Shown here one piece after another: positions 13,350-27,762 of a stretch of DNA of 64,000 nt. The notes below the pieces were generated by a model that saw only the letters and a list, made by a program, of their open reading frames with translations, did no database searches and was not told the origin of the DNA. Origin of the DNA: Chrysomallon squamiferum (Eukaryota; Animalia; Mollusca); contig CM022666.1 of the NCBI GenBank assembly GCA_012295275.1, positions 8,370,001 to 8,434,000 on the forward strand, given 5' to 3'. The stretch's first letter is position 1. Each line of letters begins with the position of its first letter. Made by a program: the position numbers and the translations under genes.

Positions 13350-14137
13350 CTTTACGTCTGTAAACTCGACATCTTCCATCAGCTGGACGAAGCAGAAATC
13401 GAGCCTCTTCACTAAACCAGACAGTTCTCCATCGTAACTGAGGTCAGACTCTGTGCACTTGACACTACTGACGTCGTAGTCTACGATGTTGTTGAGTCAA
13501 AACCACTCTTCTTAGAGGCTGTCTGGCTCGAATACCTGCCTCGCTTAAACGATTGCGCTCTGTATGAGCCGATATTCTACGCATACTTGGTATTGCTGAA
13601 TCAGTAGAGGTTGCTGTGGTGGTTCTTTCCCGTAGATGAAGTATCCTTATGTAGCGGTCCTGGGCCCTGGTGGTTACACGTGGTCTACCTGATCTGGGAC
13701 TGTCACGTGTTGTTTCGTGTTGCTGGAACCGATGCCACAATCTCAAGATGGTGCTTGGGGACACATGGAACACCCGGGCTACGGCCGAGAAGGATTCGCC
13801 AGCTTGTAAACGGCCGATGGCGTTGTTTCGTTGCGGTTCACTCAGTCGTGGCATTTGTTTGATGTTGGGTCAGAACAAAAATAACGAACAGAAGTATTCG
13901 TAAACCTTGCATTTTTATAAACCTCGTATTCAAGTTTCATGTGCCGCACGTGCATATGCATGCGGGGACGTTTTGGCTAATGAACACAATCATAGCCTTT
14001 ATTTTGTGTTACGTGCTTTTTGGCGACTGTTACAAAACGTTTGAATCACCAAATGTCATTATATTCATAGTTTGTACATTGATATGTACATTATCTAAGA
14101 AATAAACAATTCTGCGTTTCTTTTTTGGAAGAGTATA
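13350..14137 (-). mobile_element. 5' part of a Tc1-family DNA transposon (dead transposase, one terminal repeat)
   Basis: ORF 13854-13465 has the paired-like HTH and SGRPRVTT motif. It continues through two Trp-to-stop codons into WRTVWFSEEARF (the catalytic FSDE-type motif with D>E). The end reads TATACTCTTCCAAAAAAGAAACGCA on the minus strand from about 14137. Confidence 0.9.
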
Positions 14138-14218
14138 TTTCATAAGAAATATAATAATGTTGTTGAGTAAGGTCAGATATAAAAGTTTTATTCAAGATTT
14201 ACGATTTATTTCCCTTAC

Positions 14219-15839
14219 ATTTCTCTTTAGGAATGAACCGTCGTTTGCAGTTAACCAGTTTGGCGGGCATACATTTCTGTTTTTCTTGATCAGGGTAAGG
14301 GCATTCATTCTCGTACACTTTCAGTCCAGGTTTTGCCGTCGTCTGTTTACAGTCGTAAAACAAAGCACAGTTTTCTGGATTCGCGAATTTCAGATCTGGT
14401 TTGAGTTCGCACTGTCATCATCATCATTATTGCTATTATTATTATTGGTAGATGGATAGATAGATAGATAGATAGTTTGTTAAACAAAAATACAAGCAGA
14501 AAACAGACACAGATAAATACGTGTCATATTTTTGCAGTTGCCTCGGCCGAGCATACAGACTTTTGCTTTGCTGTCGTACTGCAGATGCCACGTGCATGGC
14601 ATCCACCTGGCGAAGAAGACGCCGTCAGCAGCTTTCGTGCACTGAATGAAACCACTACAGTCCCACGGCAGCCACGTGTAGACGTTGCCAGGCTTGCAGA
14701 GGTGTCCGTACGTAGCCGTGACGTCGTAACCTTTCAAAGCAATGGCGTAGGTGAACGAGAACACGATGAAACACAGAGAAAACATCTTGAACACCTAAAA
14801 ATTAATTCATATACGTAATACATTATCATATTTAACAATTATCATAAATGAAACAGCATTAACAACAACAACTACTACTACTACTTTTACTTAACTATTA
14901 GCACTATTACTGCTGCTGCTACAACTACTTCAACAGCTAGTACCGCTATTATTAATATTGTTACTACTATTACTATTATTTCTACTACTGCTACTTTTAG
15001 TACTATTAGTATTATACCATTACTGTTACTATTATTACTACTACTGCTACTATTTGTACTATTACTATTATACCATTACTGTTACTATTATTACTACTAC
15101 TACTACTAAGGCTGCTACTAATACTATCACATGTGGCTGCTGTAAATTATTTTATAAATTTTACACTGTAAATGTCATCAAGTTTATGGTTTAAGTTAAA
15201 TGATATGTCTATATAACATCAACAACAAAATGACAGTATTAAAAATAACATTAATAATAATAATAATAATACCAATAACAATACCAATGATGACAGTGCT
15301 GTTAGTAACAGTAATAGCATAGTATAGAATAAAGTAAGAGTAGATTTAACAGTAGTAGTAGTGAATACTAGTTCTAGTATAAATAGTAGTTCTAGTTGCA
15401 ATAATAATAGTAGTTGCAGTAGTAGTAGTAGTAGTAGTGGTTTTATTAAAAGTATAAGTAGTAGTAGTAGTAGTTTTGATATTAGTATTAGTAGTAGTAG
15501 TTTTGGTATTAGTAGTGGTGATAGTGATAGTAATAGTAGTAGTAGTAGTAGTAGTGGTAGTAGCAGTATAAGTAAAAATCGCATTCATATTAATCAGAAG
15601 ATGAGCCACAAGCATATCAGAAATACAACAAAAGTAAGAAAATAAACCATAACAATCATAATAATAATGATACAGACAACAACTTCTACTACTACAACTA
15701 CAACTATAACTATACAAATAAAAAGAATCACTAAGAATACGACAACAACAACAAAGAAGTAAAACTGACATATTTGAAAATGTCAACTTACCTTGTTTTG
15801 TGAAGAAAATGTGCAGCTTTGACTGCAGTGTGTGTTCAT
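14219..15839 (-). pseudogene. Truncated paralog of the chitin-binding gene (signal peptide + 2 ChtBD2 exons)
   Basis: Exons 15839-15792 (in-frame leader MNTHCSQSCTFSSQNK), 14794-14521 (LPWDCSGFIQCT...WMPC, homologous to 28166-27878) and 14411-14219 (CELKPDLKFANPENCALFYDC...ECPYP, homologous to 27580-27362). A phase-1 donor meets a phase-0 acceptor, and no further exons were found past the Tc1. Confidence 0.7.
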
Positions 15840-16564
15840 TACAGACAAACCTGCCACCGTGACACGTTGTCACTGCAGGCGATGACGTAGTTTCTTTCAT
15901 CAAAACAGTTTCTCTCTTTCTAATAGATATCCTTGACAAAGTACTATCTATTCATCTGTCCGTCGCACTGACAATCTGTCTGTCTCTCTGTATAACTGTA
16001 CGTCTATATGTCTATCTGGTTATGCATCTGTTTATGTCCGTCATTTTATTAGTGTGTCTCTGTCTGTCTATCTGTCAAGTTGACTATATGTCTGTCTGTC
16101 TGACTGTCTCTCTGTATGTATCTTCTGTGACTTCATTGTGTTTATATCTGTCTATCACTCTGTGTTTATATAACGGTGTGTCTACCTGTCTGTATATATG
16201 TCCGTGGTTGTCTGTATTTATCAGACAGTATAATTGTCTGTATTTATATCTATCTATCAGTTTGTATCATTGTCTCTGTTGATATCTGTCAATATGTACA
16301 ATTCTCTGTATTTATATCTGTCAGTCTGTTTAAATATGACAAAAATGATTTATAACATACATCTATAAACTTTCATGTTGTATTACTTATTTCACACATT
16401 TTATAAACGTCTGTGTTGTATTAATTATTTCACTCTATACATATGCATATATAGACTGATAGATAGCTTGACAGATAGATACAGATATAGACAGAACTAT
16501 AGCTAGATAGATAGATAAATAGAGAGAGAGAGAGAGAGAAAAACTTAGATATAGATAGAGAGAA

Positions 16565-16744
<180 letters not shown>

Positions 16745-17439
16745 TGGGGCATGTATGTGCGTGTAGTTTTTCTTTTATATTAGTTATGCATGCTAAAGGA
16801 TTCAGACTGTCAAAAATTACGACTATTATGTATCTTAAACTGCTACACCAAACTGGCTTTGACTCTTTGTTTTATTCAATTTATAGTATCAGCAGCATCA
16901 ACATAAAGAATATGGAAATTTTAAATATTTTCTGAAAATAGGTTGCCAAAGTGCTCAGTCGGGGTAACGTCCGTGAAAAAAAATATGTAAAGGTTTATGT
17001 GAGAAGAATATCTGAAAGGATATAAACCTGTTCCTTCTAATCCTCTTAGCAGACGTCAAGGTAAAAGTTTAAAAATATGTCAAATGATGATATTTTAGCC
17101 ACAGATTTTCAGTACTCCCTTCAGTTCATTTCATGAGCTAGTTTCAAGAAAAACTAATTCGAGTTCATGAGACAACATTCTCAAAACTAAAGAAAGTTAT
17201 TTATTTTTTAATTGTTTTTTATTATTGTTATTATGTATATATTTTTTTCTAATGGGTTTTTCTCTCTTTCTTTCTCTCTTTCTTTCTCTCTCTTCTGAAA
17301 TAATATTATTTCCAGATCCAACAAAGAGATGGTATGTCAAAAAGTAATCACAGACTTTATCTTAAAATGACATTTAAAGAAATACAGGCAGTGTTGATGG
17401 AGCCAGCTTGCGAAAAGGATGCACAGAGTTGATATAGAA

Positions 17440-17830
17440 TGAAAAACATTACGTTTCTCAGATTAAAAAAGGTGTTTAGCGCTGTCCCAGCCATCAATGG
17501 AATTTCTCGTTTCCACTACCTCGCCATTGAGGATGGTCGCCTCATTTTGCCATTGATGAAACAGAAACTTCTGACGAATGTCATCTGTAGATGATCCGAC
17601 CCTGCTTGCACGTCAGATGAAGAGCCAACCAAGCTGATGACTGGTGAGTTGTTTAGTATGATAATCAACTCTTTCCTGTAGAAGCAAAATAGATTCGTGG
17701 TGGAAATTACGAAGTGACCGTTAAGCACCGAGCTGAGCTCAACTGAAAAAAGCCAGGACAAAACAGTCTGTGCTACACACACCATGATCAGTGAACGGGA
17801 GCCTTGAGGACTCGTGTCCATGATTTTGAT
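17440..17830 (+). mobile_element. Highly decayed DNA-transposon-like coding relic (Tudor-like C-terminal segment)
   Basis: RLKKVFSAVPAINGISRFHYL followed by DDW*VV*YDNQLFPVEAK*IRGGNYEVTVKH..LN*KKP with many stops. Resemblance judged by eye only. Confidence 0.35.
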
Positions 17831-19037
17831 TAAAGACAGATTCTGAAACAAGCTCACAGTAACCGAATATAGAATACAACCCGGGGTATTAAAATCAGGC
17901 ATATTGTTTTTTTCTATTAATTTCGAATGAATCAGTACCACAGGAAACCATCTTTTTTCATTACTGGTATGAAAGATTTCCAAGACACTGTTATCTAAAA
18001 ATTCACCAAGGTATGATTCTGCTGATGATGATTTGGACTGTTCTTTGTCTGTTGTTGTTTTTGGTTGTTTTTTTGTATTTTTGTTGTTTTGTGTTTGTTT
18101 GTTGTTGTTTTTTGTTATTTTTGTCGTTTTCTCTTCTTTTTTTTTTGGTTGTTTGGTTTGTTTGTTGTTGTTTTTTGTTAGTTTTATGTCTGTATTTACT
18201 AATTATTTATTTATTTATTTTATTATTTATTTTACTTTATCCTCTTTTTGATATTTTATTATTTATTTAGTTTTAATTTATTTTACTTTACCCTTGTTTT
18301 TTTTTTTTTTTTTGTTGTTGTTTTTTTTAGTAGACTTTCCAATATTTAGATGATTTTGACATAGGCAAGTATTTTACTCAGGGCCATGTTCCTGGAAATA
18401 CCATTCTAGCAACAGTGTTGCAGTTGGAATGACAGCCAACCCGCTTAATGTATCATACATCACTGTGGAATTGTTTATAGACAGATAATATTATATACAT
18501 GTATATTTGTATAGTGATTTGTGTTTTTCTTTTATATGCAAATATAAACTTAGACCTCTGTGCGTGTTTTTGTGTGGATGTGTGTTTGATATGCAAACAT
18601 GTACATATACCTTTGTGTGTGTGTGTGTGTATGTGTGTGTGTGAGAGTGTCTGTTTGAACGTTTTATATACAGATATGTACATGTACGTTTGTACATACG
18701 TGTGTGTTTCTTTTATACATAGCTATGTATATGTATGTTTCTACATTGATTTCAAGTAAATAATCAGCATCAGTTAAATAAAGAAAGAAGTAAAGAGAAA
18801 TAAGAAAAATATCAAACAGTAATTAAGATAAAGTGAATACTTAATAAATAAATAAATGAAACTAATTTATTTATTAGAATTAATTGTATTATTGTTATTA
18901 TTATTATTGTTGTTGTTGTTGTTGTTATTATTATTATTATTATTTAATAACAACAACAACAACAATAATAATAATAATAATAATATTAATATTAATATTA
19001 GTAATAAGGTATATTGTAAAAGAGGCAGAAATTTCGT

Positions 19038-19262
19038 CTAATCGCCTTCATAAAATTGGATTTTCTTAACTTTGAAATTAATATCGTTCCAATAGAAAAA
19101 CTTGGAATCTAGTATGCGTTTGTACAGATCACCAGCACCAGCGAAACAGATATCTCTAGTTTTATATCTTACCTGAAATAACAATAACGACAGTAATAAC
19201 AGTAATAATAACAATAACAACAACAGTAACAACAATAATCATAATAAAAATAATAGTAATAA

Positions 19263-19297
<35 letters not shown>

Positions 19298-19676
19298 CTA
19301 GTAGTAGTAATAATAATAATTAATTAATTAATTAATTAATATCAATAACAGAAACAGCTAGACAATATTACCAAAGTACATTAAACGTTAATCTTCAAAA
19401 CAATGTTTGTAAATACAAATATGAAATTTATCTCTGTAATTTGCTATGGTTTGTTTTTTTACGCAAAAGAAACAATTTAAAAAGTCATATAAACTGTCAA
19501 CAATCATTGTCGGTTTGTCTAATTAATCAGTTTTGTCTGTGGCGGTTAATATTTATTTGTTTATTTATTTGAAATCAAGGGAGGTAAGTCGCGACACATT
19601 ATTGTTTTACTTTTATATTCACTTTTTCCTAGGTGTTTTTATTTTATTTATTTTTTATTTGATTTTTTTTTTTTTT

Positions 19677-19719
<43 letters not shown>

Positions 19720-19769
19720 TTATTATTCATATATTTTTGTTATTATTTTTGTTTAGTTTTATTCTTTGC

Positions 19770-19824
<55 letters not shown>

Positions 19825-20038
19825 TGATTTTTAAATTCCTTTTTCGTGTTTTTTTTTTTTTTTTGTTCAATCTAATTTCGACTACAGAATGACCAAGAAA
19901 CTAAGTAACTGACAGTAAAGTTACATGTCGATGAAATTTATATATAACCACTGTTTTCAAAAGATTTAAATACAAAAATATAACGTGTTTTTCCAAGACC
20001 GTTTCATACTTATTTCCACGTCTAAAAAGGAAAACATA

Positions 20039-20069
<31 letters not shown>

Positions 20070-22676
20070 AGAGTCTTAGGTGATAATGTGACATGAAAAG
20101 ACAAAACGTAAAAAAGAGAGAAAAGGAATCTATTTTTTATTTCACCTATTTTATTTGTTCTATAGTAAAAAAGCAATTCGCAGCAAATTTCCGAGACGAA
20201 AGTCATAGATGAGATTTCCAGCCACGTGACATATCACATGAACAAATCTGTATGTCCGTATGGTCACGTCTGTGCATGTGTATGTATGTGTGTATGAAGT
20301 GGGATGTGTGTGTGTGTGTGTGTGTGTCTGTGTGTGTGTGTGTGTTTATGCATTTTTAGATTGGATTAATGACTGGACAGAAACATGTTCTGTGAACAGT
20401 AAAGAGAAATACACTTACGGTAAATCCAACTCTCTGAAAACCAAATTTGAGTTCCAACTGCTGGTTTCGTCGAAGAATTCGTCTTGATGTGAACTGTTTT
20501 TTTATCTGTCCATTCAATTTCGTTATGAACATTTTACTGTAATCTTGTTTGTTGCTGTACTCCATCTTGAAGAGGACAGATTCCTGAGCGTCTTTGATAG
20601 TCAATATCAGCGGCCTGATAATAAAGCAGAATAAAAATGAGTAAGAAAACACCGAATGCAAGATCTCTTCCTTTAAATACTAATATTGTATCAGTGAATT
20701 AACGTGCTGTTCTCCATTCTATTCTCCTGCTCTCCTCCTTCTCCTCCTATACTATCAATTATTATTACTATCACGTCTGCTACTTTTACTGTTACTACTA
20801 GTATTATTACTATCACGCCTGTTACTACTACTGTTACTACTATTATTATTACTATCACTACTTTTACTGTTACTACTATTATTATTATTACTATCACGTC
20901 TGTTACTTTTACTGTTACTACTATTATTATTATTACTATCACGTCTGTTATTACTATTATTATTACTATCACGTCTGTTACTTTTACTGTTACTACTATT
21001 ATTATTATTACTATCACGTCTGTTATTACTATTATTATTACTATCACATCTGCTACTTTTACTGTTACTACTATTATTATTACTATCACGTCTGTTATTA
21101 CTATTATTATTACTATCACGTCTGTTACTACTATTATTATTATTACGTCTGTTACTATTATTATTATTACTATCACGTCTGTTATTACTATTATTATTAC
21201 TATCACATCTGCTACTTTTACTGTTACTACTATTATTATTACTATCACGTCTGCTACTTTTACTGTTACTACTATTATTATTACTCTCACGACTGTTACT
21301 ACTATTATTATTACTATCACGTCTGTTACTATTATTATTATTACTATCACGTCTGTTATTACTATTATTATTACTATCACGTCTGCTATTACTATTATTA
21401 TTACTATCACGTCTGTTATTACTATTATTATTACTATCACGTCTGCTATTACTATTATTATTACTATCACGTCTGTTATTACTATTATTATTACTATCAC
21501 GTCTGCTACTTTTACTGTTACTACTATTATTATTACTACCACGTCTGTTACTACTATTATTATTACTATCACGTCTGCTACTTTTACTGTTACTACTATT
21601 ATTATTACTATCACGTCTGTTACTACTATTATTATTACTATCACGTCTGTTACTATTATTATTATTACTATCATGTCTGTTACTACTATTATTATTACTA
21701 TCACGTCTGTTACTACTATTATTATTACTACCACCTCTGTTACTACTATTATTATTACTATCACGTCTGTTACTATTATTATTATTACTATCACGTCTGT
21801 TACTACTATTATTATTACTATCACGTCTGCTACTTTTACTGTTACTACTATTATTAATACTATCACGTCTGATACTTTTACTGTTACTACTATTATGATT
21901 ACTACCACGTCTGTTACTACTATTATTATTACTATCACGTCTGATACTTTTACTGTTACTACTATTATTATTACTATCACGTCTGTTATTACTATTATTA
22001 TTACTATCACGTCTGCTACTTTTACTGTTACTACTATTATGATTACTACCACGTCTGTTACTACTATTATTATTACTATCACGTCTGATACTTTTACTGT
22101 TACTACTAGTATTATTACTATCACGTCTGTTATTACTATTATTATTACTATCACCTCTGTTACTACTACTGTTATTAGTACTACACTACTGCTATATTAC
22201 TGCTGCTACAACTAATATTGTTACTACTACTATTACTGCTACTATAGAACTGTTGTCATTAATACAACTGTTACTAATATTACTGATGATGCTATTACTA
22301 CTACTACAACACTGTTACTAATATTACAGCTACTACCATTACTGCTGCTTCTGTTAATTCTTCTTATTGCTATTATTGTTATTATTATTACTACTAATTG
22401 TAGTACTGTTGTTGTGGGTGTTATTATTATTATACTTATTATTATTAATGTTAATACTACCACCACTACTACTACTACTACTATTATTATTATTACTGTT
22501 ATTAAAATTGTTATTGCTGTTAGTATTGCTACTACCACTACTACTACCACTATTATTTCTATTAGTATTACTGTTATTACTATTATTGCTTTTGTTGTTG
22601 TTGTTATTATTATTATTGTTATTGTTTTGGTTCTTGTTTTTTGATATTATGTTTGTTGTTATTGTAATTACTGTTG

Positions 22677-22717
<41 letters not shown>

Positions 22718-23705
22718 GCTGCTGCTGCTGTTATTATTATTATTACAGAAATCTGATTTATTTTGTTAATAATATTGCTGTAAAACAAAATTACTTACTC
22801 ATATTTCATTATTCCCTGTATAATAAAATACTCGGTAAACCTTTCAACACATGGGATTTCTATAGGACTTTTCAACCCGGAATCCTGAAATTAACAAAAC
22901 AATCATTAATAACACATTCGTCAAAGATGCTAAAAATACAGCATGTGTGTCTATCATAATATCAAATGACGTTACAAATGCAGCGATTGTTTCTATTATA
23001 ATATTGAACGACATTACAAATACATGTCTACCACAGTACTAATTTACCTTACAAATACTGCGTTAAAGTCGACTGATACGCAATGACGTTATACTGCAGT
23101 GACGTTACAAATACTGCGATAAAGTCGACAAAGATACGCAATGACGTTATACTGCAGTGACGTCACAAAAGTCGTATTTGAATGACACTTACTGCGGACG
23201 ACTCGTGCACTGTTTTGACACACGTCTGCAGCTCGTTGACGTCCCACTCCCCAAAGACCAGTCCAGCAGAACACTTCAGTCTGGACTTGGACGGACACAA
23301 CTTGTAATTCTCCGGACACGAAATCACAGCACTTCCTGTGTCTGTTGTAGGCTGTGTGTCTCGCAGAATAATATCCAGCGGCTTGTCACACGCTAACACA
23401 GCTGTAATATCAAATACATTACTTGAGTCTGTCTGCCTGTCTGTCTGTCTGCCTGTCTGTGTATCATGAAGAAAAATGTCTAACGACTTGTCATACGCGA
23501 GCACAGTTATAATATTAAATACAGTTTCACAGTACTTATGTCTACATATGTCTGACTGTCTCTATCTGGGTATCTATCTGAATGTCGTTTTGTCTGTCTT
23601 TTCGTCTTTCTGTTTGTTTGTCTTTCTGCCTATATTTTATCTGTCTATGTTTATAATGTATGTATGCAGTATGTATGCATGGGTGTGTGTGGGTATATAT
23701 GTATA

Positions 23706-23741
<36 letters not shown>

Positions 23742-25194
23742 TGTATGTATGTATGTATGTATGTATGTATGTATGTATGTATGTATGTATGTATGTATGT
23801 ATGTATGTATGTGTATATGTATATATGTGTGTACCCATGAATGTATATGTATGTATCTATGTGTTTTGTTTTGCTTTGTTTTTTTTTTTTTTTTTTTTGC
23901 TTTGTTTTGGGTTTTTTGTTATGATTCGGTTTCGTTGTTGTTTTTAATTATTATTATCATTTGTGTATTTGTGTGTGTGTGCGCGCGTGTGTGTGTTTGT
24001 GTGTGTGATTTTGTTTTAACGAACCAATGAGTGGTTTTTTCTTCTCTATATTTTCATGATTATTACTTACGAAGTCCATTTGGGGCTAAAAATTTCTGGA
24101 TGTTCAAAACAGCAAGCGTAAGAGCCCTGATCTCAGCACCGCACGTGCACGCTCTCTCACCTGTAATATATTACACGACCATGCAGCATAAATAAACATA
24201 CACAAAAATATATATACTCAAATATGTACAAACATTAACAAACGAAGACAAATATAAACAAACATTAAAAACATGTACAAATATTCACGAGCACAAGTAA
24301 ACTTAGAAAAACTGGCGCAAATATAAAACATGTATACAAACATAAATAAACACACACAAATATAAAACATATATACAAACATAAATAAACACACACAAAT
24401 ATAAAACATATATACAAACAAAAATAAACACACACAAACATAAATAAACACACACAAACATGCACGCACAAAAATAAACTTTAACAAATCCAGACATAAA
24501 TACATTTAAATAAACATGCAAAAACATAAACAGATACATATACACATACACAAAAGCAGACGTACAGACACTTACAGTCTTTTGTTTTTGCATCAAAACT
24601 TTTGCCAAGCGGACAAGACTTTACTTCTGTAGTCCGTCCGTCCTTGCAGGTGATAAATTTGCTGGAGTCGCCTTTGTAAGGGAAGAGTCCGCTAGCATTG
24701 TGTTCACACTTGGCTTCGCATGGTAAACATTCCGGTCTGTCAAAGCAGTGACCAACTGAATATTCACCTGCAGTATATAAAATTGTGTATTTAACTGTAA
24801 TGTAATAAATTGTCTATTTAACTAATGTAATAAAACTGTGTATTTAACTGTAATGTAATAAACTATCTATTTAACTAATGTAATAAACTGTGTATTTATC
24901 TAACGTACTAAAATTGTATATTTAACTGTAATATATAAAAAAAAAGTGTATTTAACTGTAATGTAATATAACTCTATTTAAGGGTAATGTAATAAACTGT
25001 ATATTTATCTGTAATGTAATAAAACTGTGTATTGAACTGTAATGTATTAAAATTATGGATTTAATATCTACACAGGGAGGCAGAGTAGTAAGACAGAAGA
25101 ATAGAAACACACAGACAGAAACATACTACACAGACATATGGAAAAAGTCTACACACATCTACATAGACGGGCAGACGAGAAGACGGACGTCTAC

Positions 25195-25229
<35 letters not shown>

Positions 25230-26961
25230 TAGAGACAGAAAACTTACAGGGTTGTCTTGGTTCAGGTCGGCTTTCACACATCACCTGGTCATAGGGTTTG
25301 CACTTTTTTTCCTGTGGGTCAAAGAGGTTGGGGTATTTACACTCAGTCTGGAAGGGTTTCAGTCCCGAGTGATGAGTTGACTTGCTGCAGTTGATGTACA
25401 GCGAACATTTCGTGTGATCTTCAAACACCGCTGTTGAGGTATTTTTACAGTACGAGCTGATCGAGTCTGAAGCAGACATTTTACATCAGTGTCTACGTTT
25501 TAAACAACACACTCTCGATTCATCTGTTTTTACTTTTTCAGTTCCAGTTCTTTATTTATTTTATTGGTTAAATAATGTATTTATTATTTCATTTATTTAT
25601 TTAATTAACTATCTGTGTGTTTTTCTGTCTGTTTCTCTATTTAATCCTTCGTTATATATTTAGCTTTTTCTTTCTTTCATTAATCATTCGTTCATTTATT
25701 ATTTCATTTACTTATTATGTTATTTATTGCTATTTATTACATATCATACTGTAATTTTATTTATGTATCTGACATTATGAAACACTGCGAAATGATTCTG
25801 TCATTAACAGACATAATCACAAATGACAGTTTGACGAGACAATGTTTCTATCACATCTGTAGAAATCTACCTTCAAATTTGTTTGTACAGTTCCCCTTCA
25901 CAGGATCGAACACCTCGTCGTTGGCACGACAGACACCAGTTTCCACGATCTTACCATCTGCACACCTGATAAACTCTTTTGAAAACTCGCGTCCAGGCAC
26001 CGCGTACTGACCCGTCGCTTTACCCGTACACTCATCAACCTTCCACATCAGTTTGTAATCACCTGCAATTAGTTAATATATACAGTTTGTAATCACCTGC
26101 AGTTAGTTAATATATACAGTTTGTAATCACCTGCAATTAGTTAATATATACAGTTTGTAATCACCTGCAATTAGTTAATATATACAGTTTGTAATCACCT
26201 GCAATCAGTTAATATATACAGTTTGTAATCACCTGCAATCAGTTAATATATACAGTTTGTAATCACCTGCAATCAGTTAATATATACAGTTTGTAATCAC
26301 CTGTAGTTAGTTAATATATACAGTTTGTAATCACCTGCAATTAGTTAATATATACAGTTTGTAATCACCTGCAATTAGTTAATATATACAGTTTGTAATC
26401 ACCTGCAATTAGTTAATATATACAGTTTGTAATCAATATATACAGTTTGTAATCACCTGCAATTAGTTAATATATACAGTTTGTAATCACCTGCAATTAG
26501 TTAATATATAGAGTGGAACCTCGGTTTACGAATAATGTCCCGAGTTACGTAGTAAAGATAAGAATACATAGCTGCGTCAAAACCGAGGTCAAAGTAAGGA
26601 TTATAGGCATCCCTATAGCAAATATGTATCATGAATTAGGGCCTTTAGCCTTCGATTTGCAGCTTTTGTATTGAGATTGTGCACTCGCATCTTTTAAAGT
26701 GTTGCTGCTTTTATGTGTATATTTTTTATTATACTCTATCCAGTATGGCACACAAGAAATCAAAAATTGAAAGCGATAATGCTGGTGGAAAGTATAAACG
26801 TATCACAGTAGAGCTTTAAAAATAAATAACTGCAAAACACGAGAGTGGCGTTCGTGTGTCTGACATGGCTTCGGTTTATGTGCATTTCGGTTTACGAATC
26901 GAGGTCTTGAACGAATTAAGTTCGAAACCTCAGGTTCCACTGTACCTGTAGTTAGCTTTAA

Positions 26962-27002
<41 letters not shown>

Positions 27003-27031
27003 TAGATAGACAGATAGATAGATAGACAGAT

Positions 27032-27072
<41 letters not shown>

Positions 27073-27222
27073 TAGATAGATAGACAGATAGAGACAGACA
27101 GATAGACAGCCGTTATATATATAAATATAAAAACTGTTCTTAAGTTGATGTATATGAATGTGGATATATATATATATATACATACATACATACACACACA
27201 CATACATACATACATAGATACA

Positions 27223-27281
<59 letters not shown>

Positions 27282-27680
27282 GTAAATATGTACAGGTGTA
27301 TACACACTGGCCTGAATACGCATACACAATACACAATCCACAAACACTAAAATACACTTACCCTTGGTACTAGGTAGGGGTCGTTTTCCGCACTTGACGG
27401 TATGGTTGGGCCTACAGGCCTGAGCCTCTTGGTGGAAGAGGAGGGGGTAGGGGCATTCGTCTTCGTACTTCTGTAAACCTTTGATTGGCTTCTTCTGTCG
27501 ACAGTTGTAAAACATGGCACAACTGTCAGGGTGCTGGAACTTCAAGTCCGGATACAGAGGACAGTTCTCCTCGGCCACCTCTGCAACAACAACGACGACG
27601 ACAACAACAACAATGATGATGATGATAATAACGTATCAGTAGTATTAGCAATATACGTGTACTGCACTCTCTCTCTCTCA

Positions 27681-27762
<82 letters not shown>

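Noticed and set aside
14958-15939. Poly-L, poly-T and poly-S ORFs resembling mucin or membrane proteins (likewise 18013-19235 apart from the real exon 19172-19038, 22242-22788, 56034-58300)
   Set aside because: Trinucleotide microsatellite translations in introns or intergenic DNA.
20691-22215. 487-aa and 503-aa ORFs on opposite strands (V/I- and T/I-rich)
   Set aside because: Stop-free only because the intronic minisatellite is built of ATT/ACT triplets. No credible start or splice context, and the gene splices cleanly across it.
26049-26510. CRISPR-like regular 34-bp repeats
   Set aside because: Head-to-tail units with no unique spacers, eukaryotic intron context, no cas genes.
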